From contig CBDFLE010000006.1 of assembly GCA_965248925.1 (NCBI GenBank), positions 1,088,001 through 1,152,000 on the forward strand: 64,000 bases of DNA, written 5' to 3'. Shown here one piece after another: positions 7,890-17,191 of this stretch (the first letter of the stretch is position 1; each line of letters begins with the position of its first letter). This DNA is from Candidatus Multivoradales bacterium (GTDB taxonomy: Bacteria > Acidobacteriota > Thermoanaerobaculia > Multivoradales > J023). The notes under the pieces were generated by a model, which saw nothing but the letters and a program-made list of their open reading frames with translations, was not told the origin of the DNA and searched no databases. A program made the position numbers and the translations under genes.

Positions 7890-10112
7890 GTGAGCTGGAA
7901 AATCAAAGTAAGTTACGACGGTAAGCCGGACGGAGAGTTGCAGGTGGTGGCCTACGCCTTCGATTCAAGAGGCAGGTTTCTTGCCCAGGCACCGATCAAG
8001 AACGGCAAGGCGAAATTCGATCTCGACCCGTCACAGGCCAAGCGTGCTCGCCTGCTGCTGGGCCCAGCGGCGCCCGACGACCTGCGTGCCGACCGTCCAC
8101 CGACCCTAGAACAACTACAACGCTACAACGCCTTCGAAGCCGTGCGCCGGCCGGTAGGCAGCGACCGCTTCGAGGAACTGCTGTCGATACCAGAGCTGAA
8201 TTGGGCTTGGTGGTGGTGGTGCCAGTGCCGGGTGCGCGGGCAGGTGGTGCGGCCGGTCGATATCGGCGGTACGGTGCAGGATCTGCCGGTGTGCCACGCG
8301 CGGGTACACATCTGCGAAGTCGATTATCTTCCTTGGCTGCTAAAGCAGCTGCCAAAAGAGGACATCTTTCGCTTGCGCGACGATCTGCTGATGATCGTCG
8401 AGCGGCCTATCCCCCGGCCGTTGCCCGGCCCGCCGACATTCCAACTCGACCCGCGGGTGATCGATCCAACCCCGATGAACATCGTTGGCCGACGATCTCG
8501 GCCCGACCTGAGCCGCGCCGAAGCTAAATTAGCGCTAGACAATAACCCTCTGGACGGCACCAAATTAATCTCCAGCTTACGCCTCGACCCTGAGCTGCAC
8601 GGCGCTCTGATATCGAATTCGGTGACCTTGATGCGCCGCAGCTTGATCAAGCACTTCAGATTGCTTTTTCCTTATCTCTGCTATTGGCCGTGGTTCCTCC
8701 GTCGCCTCAAATGCGACCAGGTGCGAGTGGTCGAAACCGATAGCCAAGGCTGCTTCGATACCACCATCTACTATCCCTGCGCTGGCGACAAACCTGACCT
8801 CTACTTCTGGGTCGAAGCCATGGTCGGTGGCAGCTGGACGACAGTCTACAGACCACCTTTGGCCTGCAACACCTATTGGAACTACGACTGCGGTAGCCCG
8901 GTGATCCTGCGCACCCACGACCCGCGCGCCCCTATCTGCCAAGACCCGTACGAGCCCCCCGGCCGCCAGATCGCCGTCATGTCGATCGGCAATGGGGTCT
9001 CGATCGCCGAGATTCAGGGAACGGCGGCGGGCACCGCCGAGGGCCTGACTACTAACGGTCAGCCGTTCGGCGCCCGCTTGGAGCCCCATGTGGTCTTCGG
9101 CCGCAGCGGTCTGGCCAGCGCCGGCATCGACCACTACCGTTGGTCCTACCGGCGGCTGACCAACGCCGTTGGCGGCGCGGTGAGCGATTCGTGGCACGCC
9201 ATGGACCGCACCGTGATCCGTCACTACGGGGTGATCGATCCAACCCCCCCTGATTTCCCCCTGACCTTCCATCCCCACACCCTGGGTCCGGACCCTGCTC
9301 ACCCTGGGCTCAACTTGTTCGAGATTCAAGGCGATGCGCCGGCCGGCTCCATCGGCTGGACACCGATCGACGCTCGCGAGGACTCTGCCAGCGCTTTCTT
9401 CAAAACCCACCTGCTGGACGGCGGCGACATGGCGGCGGCGGCGGGCAACTATGAACTCAAATTGGAGCTGTTTATGAGCAATGGCTCGCTGGCCAATCTC
9501 ACCACCGAGAGTGTGCTGGTCAAGGAGGCCGCCGACCCGGCACCCTTCGGCGCCGGCACGGTCAACACCATCCCGGCACCCAACGAGCACTTGTTGCGCA
9601 ACGGCGCTGGCGACGTGGTCGGTTTTCGCATCACCCTGCGGGTCGACAACAACCCCTGTGATGCGGAGATCATCGCCACCACCGGTAGCGGCTTATCGGT
9701 CGATGCCGATTGCGGATTTATCGAGTATCAGGCGGGAGCTTCGGTCGACCTGGCCTTCACCGCCAGTCATCCGAACAACTTCGCCAAGTTCCGCTTCAGC
9801 ACTTTCCGCGGCCCATCGATCGACGTGCCCGAGGCTTCGGCTCCCCAAGCGGGGCAGCCAGCGGCGAGTGTCGGCAGCGCGGTGGTCAACGGCTTCGGGC
9901 GCGACGCGGCGAGCGTATTCCGCAAGAATGTGCCGGTGCCGACAATGCTGACCAGTAACAAACCGCCCTTGAGCGCCGACTGCGACAGCGCCGCTTTTGC
10001 CGAGACCCTCCACGTCACAGCGATGGCGACCGATGGTTGGAGCCGACTCCAGCACCTCGACCGTCACGCCACGCCGAAGGCTTTCGCGTTGGCACCCACC
10101 ACGACACCATAG
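7890..10112 (+). CDS. Hypothetical protein of about 740 aa, beta-rich, possibly with a transthyretin-like segment
   Basis: Long ORF with host-like codon usage. GGGAGGAGG RBS before GTG 7890. No signal peptide. Contains a DKPDLYFWVE segment. Confidence 0.8.
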   Translation: MSWKIKVSYDGKPDGELQVVAYAFDSRGRFLAQAPIKNGKAKFDLDPSQAKRARLLLGPAAPDDLRADRPPTLEQLQRYNAFEAVRRPVGSDRFEELLSIPELNWAWWWWCQCRVRGQVVRPVDIGGTVQDLPVCHARVHICEVDYLPWLLKQLPKEDIFRLRDDLLMIVERPIPRPLPGPPTFQLDPRVIDPTPMNIVGRRSRPDLSRAEAKLALDNNPLDGTKLISSLRLDPELHGALISNSVTLMRRSLIKHFRLLFPYLCYWPWFLRRLKCDQVRVVETDSQGCFDTTIYYPCAGDKPDLYFWVEAMVGGSWTTVYRPPLACNTYWNYDCGSPVILRTHDPRAPICQDPYEPPGRQIAVMSIGNGVSIAEIQGTAAGTAEGLTTNGQPFGARLEPHVVFGRSGLASAGIDHYRWSYRRLTNAVGGAVSDSWHAMDRTVIRHYGVIDPTPPDFPLTFHPHTLGPDPAHPGLNLFEIQGDAPAGSIGWTPIDAREDSASAFFKTHLLDGGDMAAAAGNYELKLELFMSNGSLANLTTESVLVKEAADPAPFGAGTVNTIPAPNEHLLRNGAGDVVGFRITLRVDNNPCDAEIIATTGSGLSVDADCGFIEYQAGASVDLAFTASHPNNFAKFRFSTFRGPSIDVPEASAPQAGQPAASVGSAVVNGFGRDAASVFRKNVPVPTMLTSNKPPLSADCDSAAFAETLHVTAMATDGWSRLQHLDRHATPKAFALAPTTTP

Positions 10113-10142
10113 GTCTCGATCCATTCTTGGGAGGGAATCTGA

Positions 10143-10197
10143 AAAAGGGGTGAGGAGCCCGTTCGGCCCCCCGGGCGAACGGGCTCCCCCCCTCTTT
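10143..10197. terminator. Hairpin, probably a bidirectional terminator
   Basis: GGAGCCCGTTCG...CGAACGGGCTCC stem flanked by AAAGGGG and CCTCTTT, between convergent genes. Confidence 0.6.
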
Positions 10198-10383
10198 ATC
10201 GCGGCATCTGAGCGGGCTGCTGAGCCTTAAGGGGTCCATCCACCGCGGAGGAGCTTTGATGATTCGTCTAGATACTAGGACCGAACCCAGGGATCGTCAT
10301 CTGCCGAAAGTTATGACTTGAGAGAGTGGCAGAAAGGCAGAAAAAAGATGTCACGAAAGGCGCGAAAAACCCGTCCAGGAGGC

Positions 10384-11058
10384 TCAGTCAGCCTTGGGCT
10401 CTTCCTCATGCAGTGACGCCAGACCTTGGCGCAGGGCCCACAGGGCGGCCTCGATGCGGTTGGTAACCCGCAGCTTGGCAAGGATGTGGCTGACATGCAC
10501 TCGCACCGTGCCGCCGGTGATGTGGATGCGCTCGGCGATCCGTTGATTCGAGTAGCCCCGTGCCACCCACAACAACACCTCGACCTCGCGCGCGGTCAGC
10601 GCCTCGGGGGCCGGGCTAGCATCCAGCCGCTCTGCCAGACGGCTGGCAAGCTCGGGAGACAAGACGGTCTCGCCGCGAGCGGCCCGCCTTATCGCGTCAA
10701 CCACCTCGGTCCAAGCGGTGTCTTTGGAGATAAAGCCGAGAGCGCCGGCGCGGATCGCCGCCACCGTTCGCGCCTCGTCGCCGACCCCGGAAAAGGCCAG
10801 AATGCGAGCCGGCGAGGCACTCTCAAGAATCGCCCGGATGGCATCGACACCACTCATCACCGGCATCAGCAAGTCCATCAGAATCACATCCGGCTTGAGC
10901 TCCGCGGCAGCCTCGACCGCCGCCTGGCCATCGGCCACCAGGCCGACGACATCGATGTCCTCGGTCTCACCCAACATCGCGCTGATCCCGCGACCCACTA
11001 AATCGTGGTCGTCGGCAATCAGGACTCGGATGGCTGTCTTGGCTGGCTGTTCGCTCAC
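10384..11058 (-). CDS. NarL/LuxR-family response regulator
   Basis: IADDHDLV, PDVILMDLLMP receiver and LTAREVEVL...HVSHILAKL LuxR HTH. Confidence 0.93.
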   Translation of the reverse strand: MSEQPAKTAIRVLIADDHDLVGRGISAMLGETEDIDVVGLVADGQAAVEAAAELKPDVILMDLLMPVMSGVDAIRAILESASPARILAFSGVGDEARTVAAIRAGALGFISKDTAWTEVVDAIRRAARGETVLSPELASRLAERLDASPAPEALTAREVEVLLWVARGYSNQRIAERIHITGGTVRVHVSHILAKLRVTNRIEAALWALRQGLASLHEEEPKAD

Positions 11059-11201
11059 GGTGCTATTTCAGAGTCATTGGTGACACTTTTCCTGGTTGCG
11101 ACTCTAGCAGGACTGGCGGCTGACACCCAGCAGCAGAGCCACTCTTGCCATACAATTACCCGAACCGAGAGAACCCTCCCAGCATCTGAGGATCCCAGGC
11201 C

Positions 11202-13859
11202 ATGGCATTGGACAAGTACTTCGAACCGCAGCAGAACGAGACCGAGATCTACCGCCAATGGGAGGATTCTGGCGCCTTCCGCGCCGCCGCCGACTCCACC
11301 AAACCCCCCTTCACCATCTCGATGCCGCCGCCCAACGCCACCGGCACCCTGCACTTGGGCCACGCCATCATGCTGACCCTCGAAGACATGATGATTCGCT
11401 GGCGACGCATGGCCGGTGATGAAGCATTGTGGCTGCCAGGAACCGACCACGCGGCGATCGCTAGCGAAAGCGTGGTCATCAGCAAGCTGCAGAAGGAAGG
11501 TATGGCCGACCCCCGTGGCGAACTCGGGCGTGCAGGACTGGTGCGACGGATAGCCGATTTCGTCGCCGGCTCACGCCAACGCATCCGCCAGCAGATTCGC
11601 GCCATGGGTTGCAGCTGCGATTGGTCGCGTGAGCGCTACACCATGGACCCGCAGCTCAACCGGTTGGTCGGCGAGGTGTTCGCAAGGATGTATGGCGACG
11701 GCCTGATCTACCGCGGACCGCGCATCGTCAACTGGGATCCGGTGCTGCAAACCACGGTGTCCGACGACGAGGTCTACCACGTCGATCGGGCGGCAAAGTT
11801 CTACACCCTGCGCTACGGCCCCTTTCTGGTCGCCACCAGCCGCCCGGAAACCAAGCTGGGCGATACCGCCGTCGCCGTCCATCCCGACGACCCGCGTTGG
11901 CAAGAGCACATCGGCAAGACCTATGAAGTGGCTTGGCCCAAGGGGCCCACCCTCACCGTCCGGGTGGTTGCCGACGACCACGTCGACCCGGAGCTGGGCA
12001 CCGGCGCTCTGGGAGTGACGCCAGCCCACAGCCAGGCCGACTTCGACATCGCCAGCCGCCATGATCTGCCGCTGGTGCAGGTGATCGGTGAAGACGGCCG
12101 GATGACCTCCGCCGCTGGCGAATACTATGCCGGGATGACCGTCGAGGAATGTCGCGCGGCCTTTGTCGCCGAGCTCGACGCCGCCGGTCTGCTCGCCGAA
12201 GTGCGCGACTACACCCAACCCATCGCCCTCTGCTACCGCTCCAAGCAGCCGATTGAGCCGCTGCCCAAAGAGCAATGGTTCGTCGACGTCGAGCGCCCGG
12301 CGGTATCCTGGAAGGGTCAGACCCTGAGCCTCAAGCAGGTGCTGCACGACGCCGTCAGTTCAGGCGACATCCAACTGGTGCCGGAGCACCAAGCAAAGAC
12401 CTATTTTCATTGGATCGACAACCTCCGCGACTGGTGCATCTCGCGCCAAATCTGGTGGGGTCACCGGGTCCCGGTTTGGTACCGGGAAGGTGAACAACCC
12501 CACGTCGGCAGCCAAGCGCCCGACGGCGAGGGCTGGCGCCAAGACCCCGACACCCTCGACACCTGGTTCTCCTCCGCCCTGTGGACCTTCTCGACCCTGA
12601 TCGACCCCGAAGTAGCCGCCGATCAGCGGTTGGATCTCGCTGACTTGCTAGCACAGAGCCCGGATTTCCGTACCTTTCACCCCACCTCGGTGATGGAGAC
12701 CGGCTACGACATCCTCTTCTTCTGGGTCGCGCGGATGATTCTGATGACCACCTATGCCACCGGCCAGGTGCCCTTTAAAACCGTCTACCTGCACGGCCTG
12801 ATCCTCGACCGCGACGGCGACAAGATGTCGAAGTCGAAACCGGAAACCTGTATCGATCCACTCGACACGATCGCCGACAGCGGCTGCGACAGCCTGCGCC
12901 TAGCCCTGGTGGTCGGCAACGCTCCGGGTCAAGACCTGAAGCTCACCGAAGAACGCATCGTCGGCTGCAAACGCTTGGTCAACAAGATCTGGAATGCCGC
13001 CAAACTGGTCGAACGAGCAGTGGGTGACCAGCAGCTGAGCAATGTCTCTCTAGAGCACATAGAGCACCCGATGAATCGCTGGATGCTGGCCGAGTTGCGC
13101 CGCTTGGTAGGGACTGTCGACCGACGGCTGGCGGCCTATCAATTCGGCGATGCCGCCGAGCACATCCGCCATTCGTTCTGGAGTACCTTCTGTGACTTTT
13201 ATTTGGAAACAATCAAGGTCGAACCGCTGGCCGAGATGAAAGAAACCAGCGCCGTGTTGCTGGCCACTTTCACCACCTACCTGAAGCTCTTTCATCCCTA
13301 CATGCCATTCGTCACCGAAAAGCTGTGGCAAGAGCTGGGCTGCGAGGGACAACTGATCAGCGCCTCCTGGCCACAACCCAACCCGGCTCACGAATTTGCC
13401 GAAGAGGCCACCGGCGTCGGCGCTGTCGAGCGGCTGGTCGCCGAGGTACGGCGCATCCGCGCCGAGCAGGGACTTCAGCCCGGCGCCAAGATCGAACTCG
13501 CGGTTCGGACCCACGACCACGCCCAAACCTTCGCCGCTTGTCGCGAGATCGTCGCCCGGCTAGTACGGGCCGAGCAGCTCGAGCTGGGTCCGGAAGTCGC
13601 CCTGGACGGCGCCGGCGCCACCGCCGTCGACGCCGCTTTCGAGGTCGAGGTCCGCCTGGGCCAGGCCGACCGCAACGCCGAACGGCAGCGCCTCGAGAAA
13701 CAACTTGAGCAAGCCCTCGGCCATCTCAACGGGGTCGAAAAGCGGCTGGCCAACGAGCAGTTCATCAGCCGCGCCAACCCGGCTGCAGTCGCTGGCGCTC
13801 ACGCCCAGGCAGAGCAGCTCCGCACCACCATAGCCGCGCTGCGAGACCGACTGGGTTGA
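11202..13859 (+). CDS. valS: Valine--tRNA ligase
   Basis: PPPNATGTLHLGH (HIGH), GTDHAAIA, DWCISRQIWWGH, DTLDTWFSS, KMSKS and a C-terminal coiled coil. Confidence 0.97.
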   Translation: MALDKYFEPQQNETEIYRQWEDSGAFRAAADSTKPPFTISMPPPNATGTLHLGHAIMLTLEDMMIRWRRMAGDEALWLPGTDHAAIASESVVISKLQKEGMADPRGELGRAGLVRRIADFVAGSRQRIRQQIRAMGCSCDWSRERYTMDPQLNRLVGEVFARMYGDGLIYRGPRIVNWDPVLQTTVSDDEVYHVDRAAKFYTLRYGPFLVATSRPETKLGDTAVAVHPDDPRWQEHIGKTYEVAWPKGPTLTVRVVADDHVDPELGTGALGVTPAHSQADFDIASRHDLPLVQVIGEDGRMTSAAGEYYAGMTVEECRAAFVAELDAAGLLAEVRDYTQPIALCYRSKQPIEPLPKEQWFVDVERPAVSWKGQTLSLKQVLHDAVSSGDIQLVPEHQAKTYFHWIDNLRDWCISRQIWWGHRVPVWYREGEQPHVGSQAPDGEGWRQDPDTLDTWFSSALWTFSTLIDPEVAADQRLDLADLLAQSPDFRTFHPTSVMETGYDILFFWVARMILMTTYATGQVPFKTVYLHGLILDRDGDKMSKSKPETCIDPLDTIADSGCDSLRLALVVGNAPGQDLKLTEERIVGCKRLVNKIWNAAKLVERAVGDQQLSNVSLEHIEHPMNRWMLAELRRLVGTVDRRLAAYQFGDAAEHIRHSFWSTFCDFYLETIKVEPLAEMKETSAVLLATFTTYLKLFHPYMPFVTEKLWQELGCEGQLISASWPQPNPAHEFAEEATGVGAVERLVAEVRRIRAEQGLQPGAKIELAVRTHDHAQTFAACREIVARLVRAEQLELGPEVALDGAGATAVDAAFEVEVRLGQADRNAERQRLEKQLEQALGHLNGVEKRLANEQFISRANPAAVAGAHAQAEQLRTTIAALRDRLG

Positions 13860-14106
13860 CGATCTAAGAGCTTTGATCTCTATCGACAAAGAATATTTCC
13901 CAAACCACAACAGATCATCAAATCAAGAGATCAACACGAAGATCTAGCTGCCATTTCATGTTACCGTAGAAGTAGCGGAGGCGATGGATGATCGGAAAAT
14001 GGGACTCCTCTCCTATCATTTTTTTAGAAAACATGTTTATACGTTCACTGCGGCCCAGCATTCAATCGACAGCCGCCGCTCACCTCCGGCTCGACAAAGG
14101 CAACAG

Positions 14107-16026
14107 ATGAGCGGCCCAGATCAGAGCGCCCCACCGGCGCAACCCGGCGATCTATTCCAATCCCTTCCGGTACCCCTTTTTCGCTGCACGCCCGAGGGGC
14201 AGTTTCTCGAAGTCAATCAAGCCTTGGTTGCCGTCCTCGGCTATCCGACCCGACCCAGCTTGGAGGCCGCCAACTTCGCCGGTCTGTTCGAGGACCCGGC
14301 GGACTTCAAGCGCCATAACCGGATACTGAGACAAGAAGGCCGGCTGCTGGGCCTGGAAACGCGGCTGAAACACCACCACGGCGGTGCCATCTGGGTGCGA
14401 GAGCGCTGCCAGGCCTTTCGTGAAGCCAACGGCCAGATCTACTACGAAGGCAGTTTCGAGGACATCACTCGCTGCAAGCAAGCAGAAGCCGCGCTACAGG
14501 TCCGAGAGGAGAAATACAGCTGCCTGTTCCATCAATCGAGCAGCGCCATTCTGATCCAAAATCTTGAGGGAGGGATCATCGACGTCAATCAGCAAGCCCT
14601 CGAATTGACCGGCCTCGATCGGGCCACTCTGCTTGGCCTGAAGGCTATTGACCTGCTCTCGCCAGCGAACCGCGACCAGGCCGCGCAGATCTCCAGTCAG
14701 CTCGCTCTAGAGGGCCCCTCGGAGTTTGGCGCCCTGCTCACCGCCAGGAACGGCGAAGACTTCCCGGTGAAGATCTCGGCCAGCACCTTCGAAGTTGCCG
14801 AGCGCACCTTGGTGCAGTGGTCGATGCGCGATGCACGGGAGCGCAACAAGCTGGAGAAACAGCTCCGCCAAGCCCAACGGATGGAGGCTGTCGGCAGATT
14901 GGCTGGCGGAATCGCCCACGATTTCAACAACCTGCTCACCGTGATCTCCATGTATTGCGACTTGCTACTCAGCCGCCTCGACAGCGACAGCCCGCCGCGC
15001 ACCGACGTTGAGCAGATCAAGAAAGCCGGCGAACGAGCCGCCACTCTGACCCGCCAGCTACTGGCCTTTAGCCGCCAGCAAGTGTTGCGACCGCAGATCC
15101 TCGATCTTAATCTGGTGGTCTCCGATCTTGGCCGCATGCTGCGCCGGCTGATCCGCGAGAACATCGAATTGGAGACCGCGCTCGACTCTGATCTGGGACG
15201 GATCAAGGCCGATCCTGGCCAGCTCGAGCAAGTGCTGATGAATCTGGTGGTCAATGCCAGCAACGCCATGCCAGCTGGCGGCCGCTTGCGGGTGAGGACC
15301 GAGAACCTCAACCACCGTCGGGGCGACAATGAGCACAACCCCTTGTTGCAACCGGGACACTGGATAGTTTTGTCGGTCAGCGACAGCGGCATCGGCATCG
15401 CTGCCGCGGCGATGCCGAGGATCTTCGAACCCTTCTACACCACCAAGGACCCAGGCAAGGGGACCGGCTTGGGCTTGTCGACGGTCTATGGCATCGTCAA
15501 GCAAAGCGGCGGCTTTGTGTTCGCTAATAGCGAACAAGGCGTGGGCACCCAATTCCGGGTCTACCTGCCGCGGGTTGAAGATGAGGTCGAACCGCACATC
15601 ACTAGCCCCAGCGACACCGGGCTGCCCGGGGGCTCGGAGACCATCCTGGTGGTCGAAGACCAGACCGACCTCCGAACCTTGGTGGGAAAAGTCCTACGAG
15701 ACCAGGGGTATCGGGTGCTTGAAGCCGAAAACGGCGCGGAAGCACTGGCTAAGATCGCCGAGTATGACGGCCAGATCCACCTGATGGTTACCGACCTGGT
15801 GATGCCCGGAATGAGCGGCAGCGAGTTGTCGAACCAGGTCAGAGACACCGCCGCGGCGATGAAGGTGCTGTTCATGTCGGGCTATAGCACCGAGGCCATC
15901 ACCCAACACGGCCTACTAGAAGAAGGCACCTTCTTCCTCGAAAAGCCCTTCACCTCCCAGACCTTGGCTCGCCAAGTCAACGAGATGCTGCAAAGCAGCC
16001 GGGCAGAGGACACGGCCAAGCCCTGA
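14107..16026 (+). CDS. PAS-PAS hybrid sensor histidine kinase with receiver domain (CckA-like)
   Basis: Two PAS domains, LAGGIAHDFNNLL H-box, FEPFYTTK..GKGTGLGL and a C-terminal receiver. The start could be as early as 13984. Confidence 0.92.
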   Translation: MSGPDQSAPPAQPGDLFQSLPVPLFRCTPEGQFLEVNQALVAVLGYPTRPSLEAANFAGLFEDPADFKRHNRILRQEGRLLGLETRLKHHHGGAIWVRERCQAFREANGQIYYEGSFEDITRCKQAEAALQVREEKYSCLFHQSSSAILIQNLEGGIIDVNQQALELTGLDRATLLGLKAIDLLSPANRDQAAQISSQLALEGPSEFGALLTARNGEDFPVKISASTFEVAERTLVQWSMRDARERNKLEKQLRQAQRMEAVGRLAGGIAHDFNNLLTVISMYCDLLLSRLDSDSPPRTDVEQIKKAGERAATLTRQLLAFSRQQVLRPQILDLNLVVSDLGRMLRRLIRENIELETALDSDLGRIKADPGQLEQVLMNLVVNASNAMPAGGRLRVRTENLNHRRGDNEHNPLLQPGHWIVLSVSDSGIGIAAAAMPRIFEPFYTTKDPGKGTGLGLSTVYGIVKQSGGFVFANSEQGVGTQFRVYLPRVEDEVEPHITSPSDTGLPGGSETILVVEDQTDLRTLVGKVLRDQGYRVLEAENGAEALAKIAEYDGQIHLMVTDLVMPGMSGSELSNQVRDTAAAMKVLFMSGYSTEAITQHGLLEEGTFFLEKPFTSQTLARQVNEMLQSSRAEDTAKP

Positions 16027-16659
16027 CTACTCCACCAACCCCTCTTTGATGCCGTATTGCATGATCTCGGCGTTGTTGCGCAACTTCATCTTTTGCAAAA
16101 TGCGGGCGCGGTAGGTGCTGACGGTCTTGACGCTGAGGACGAGTTCGGCGGCAATTTCCGAAACCGTCCGCCCCGAAGCGATCATCCGCAGCACCTGAAA
16201 TTCCCGATCTGACAGCGTTTCGTGCAATGGCCGGCCGAGATCGCTTTGCAAGCTGAACGCCAGCTGCTCGGCCAACGCCGGGCTAATGTACTTGCCACCG
16301 GTGCGAATTCGGTGGATCGCCTTGATCAGCTCGTCCGACGCCTTGTCCTTGGTCATGTAACCATCAGCGCCACCCTTGAGGCAGCGAATAGCATAGTGAT
16401 CCTCAGGTAGGGCTGAGAGCATCAAGATGTGGGTGTCGCTGTTCCGCTTCTTCAGGTCTTGAGCGATTTCCAGGCCCCCTCGACCTGGCATGGAGACATC
16501 CAAGAGCACCACATCCGGGGCGGTCTTCTTCGCCATCTCCAAGGTCTCTTGGCCATTCGCCGCTTCGCCGACGACAACAAAACTCTCCTCGGCGGCGAAA
16601 ACACTCTTCAAGCCCTCGCGAAACATCGTGTGGTCGTCAGCTATCAGGATCCTGATCAT
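16027..16659 (-). CDS. NarL/UvrY-like response regulator
   Basis: IADDHTMFREG receiver and LSDREFQV...SVKTVSTYRARIL HTH. Its stop codon directly abuts the stop of the convergent kinase. Confidence 0.93.
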   Translation of the reverse strand: MIRILIADDHTMFREGLKSVFAAEESFVVVGEAANGQETLEMAKKTAPDVVLLDVSMPGRGGLEIAQDLKKRNSDTHILMLSALPEDHYAIRCLKGGADGYMTKDKASDELIKAIHRIRTGGKYISPALAEQLAFSLQSDLGRPLHETLSDREFQVLRMIASGRTVSEIAAELVLSVKTVSTYRARILQKMKLRNNAEIMQYGIKEGLVE

Positions 16660-17191
16660 CTCGTCTCCCTCACCGGCTTCAATTGCCCGCCGCAGCTGTT
16701 CGCACCATCCGCTGGTGTGTCCCCAGCCCCTCCCTGGAGGGGCCGCGATAGTCTATTGCTCTGGACGTGATCCTTCAAGATAGACCGCCGCAGATCAGAC
16801 CACAAACTCTGCATGCAATGATCCGCGACACCACTCCAACAACCTGCCTCGGCTGGCGACGCTTGCCTCCCACCATGGCCAAGTGCCGGCCAGCTTGTCA
16901 CGGCGGTAACCGTCGGGTGAATCTTCACGGTGGCGGCGCTTCGAACAGCCGGCAAAGACAAGGCCGAGGGGTCTCGCGACCTCATGCCTCAAACACCCCT
17001 AAGCTAAAGCAACCACCATGCCAATTCGAAGAAAATCAGTAAATTTCTTACTTCAGCCCCCCAGACTCATTGAGCTATATGGGACTATCCACCAACCGTC
17101 AGGTCCTCCGAGAGGCGATATTGGGTCTGTAGCCAGTTCGACAACAAGGTAAGAACCTCCTCTTGCGGAAGAACTCCAGATTTGAACTGGA

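Noticed and set aside
16656-17042. Short ORFs upstream of the response regulator
   Set aside because: No recognisable motif, RBS or codon bias. Treated as intergenic.
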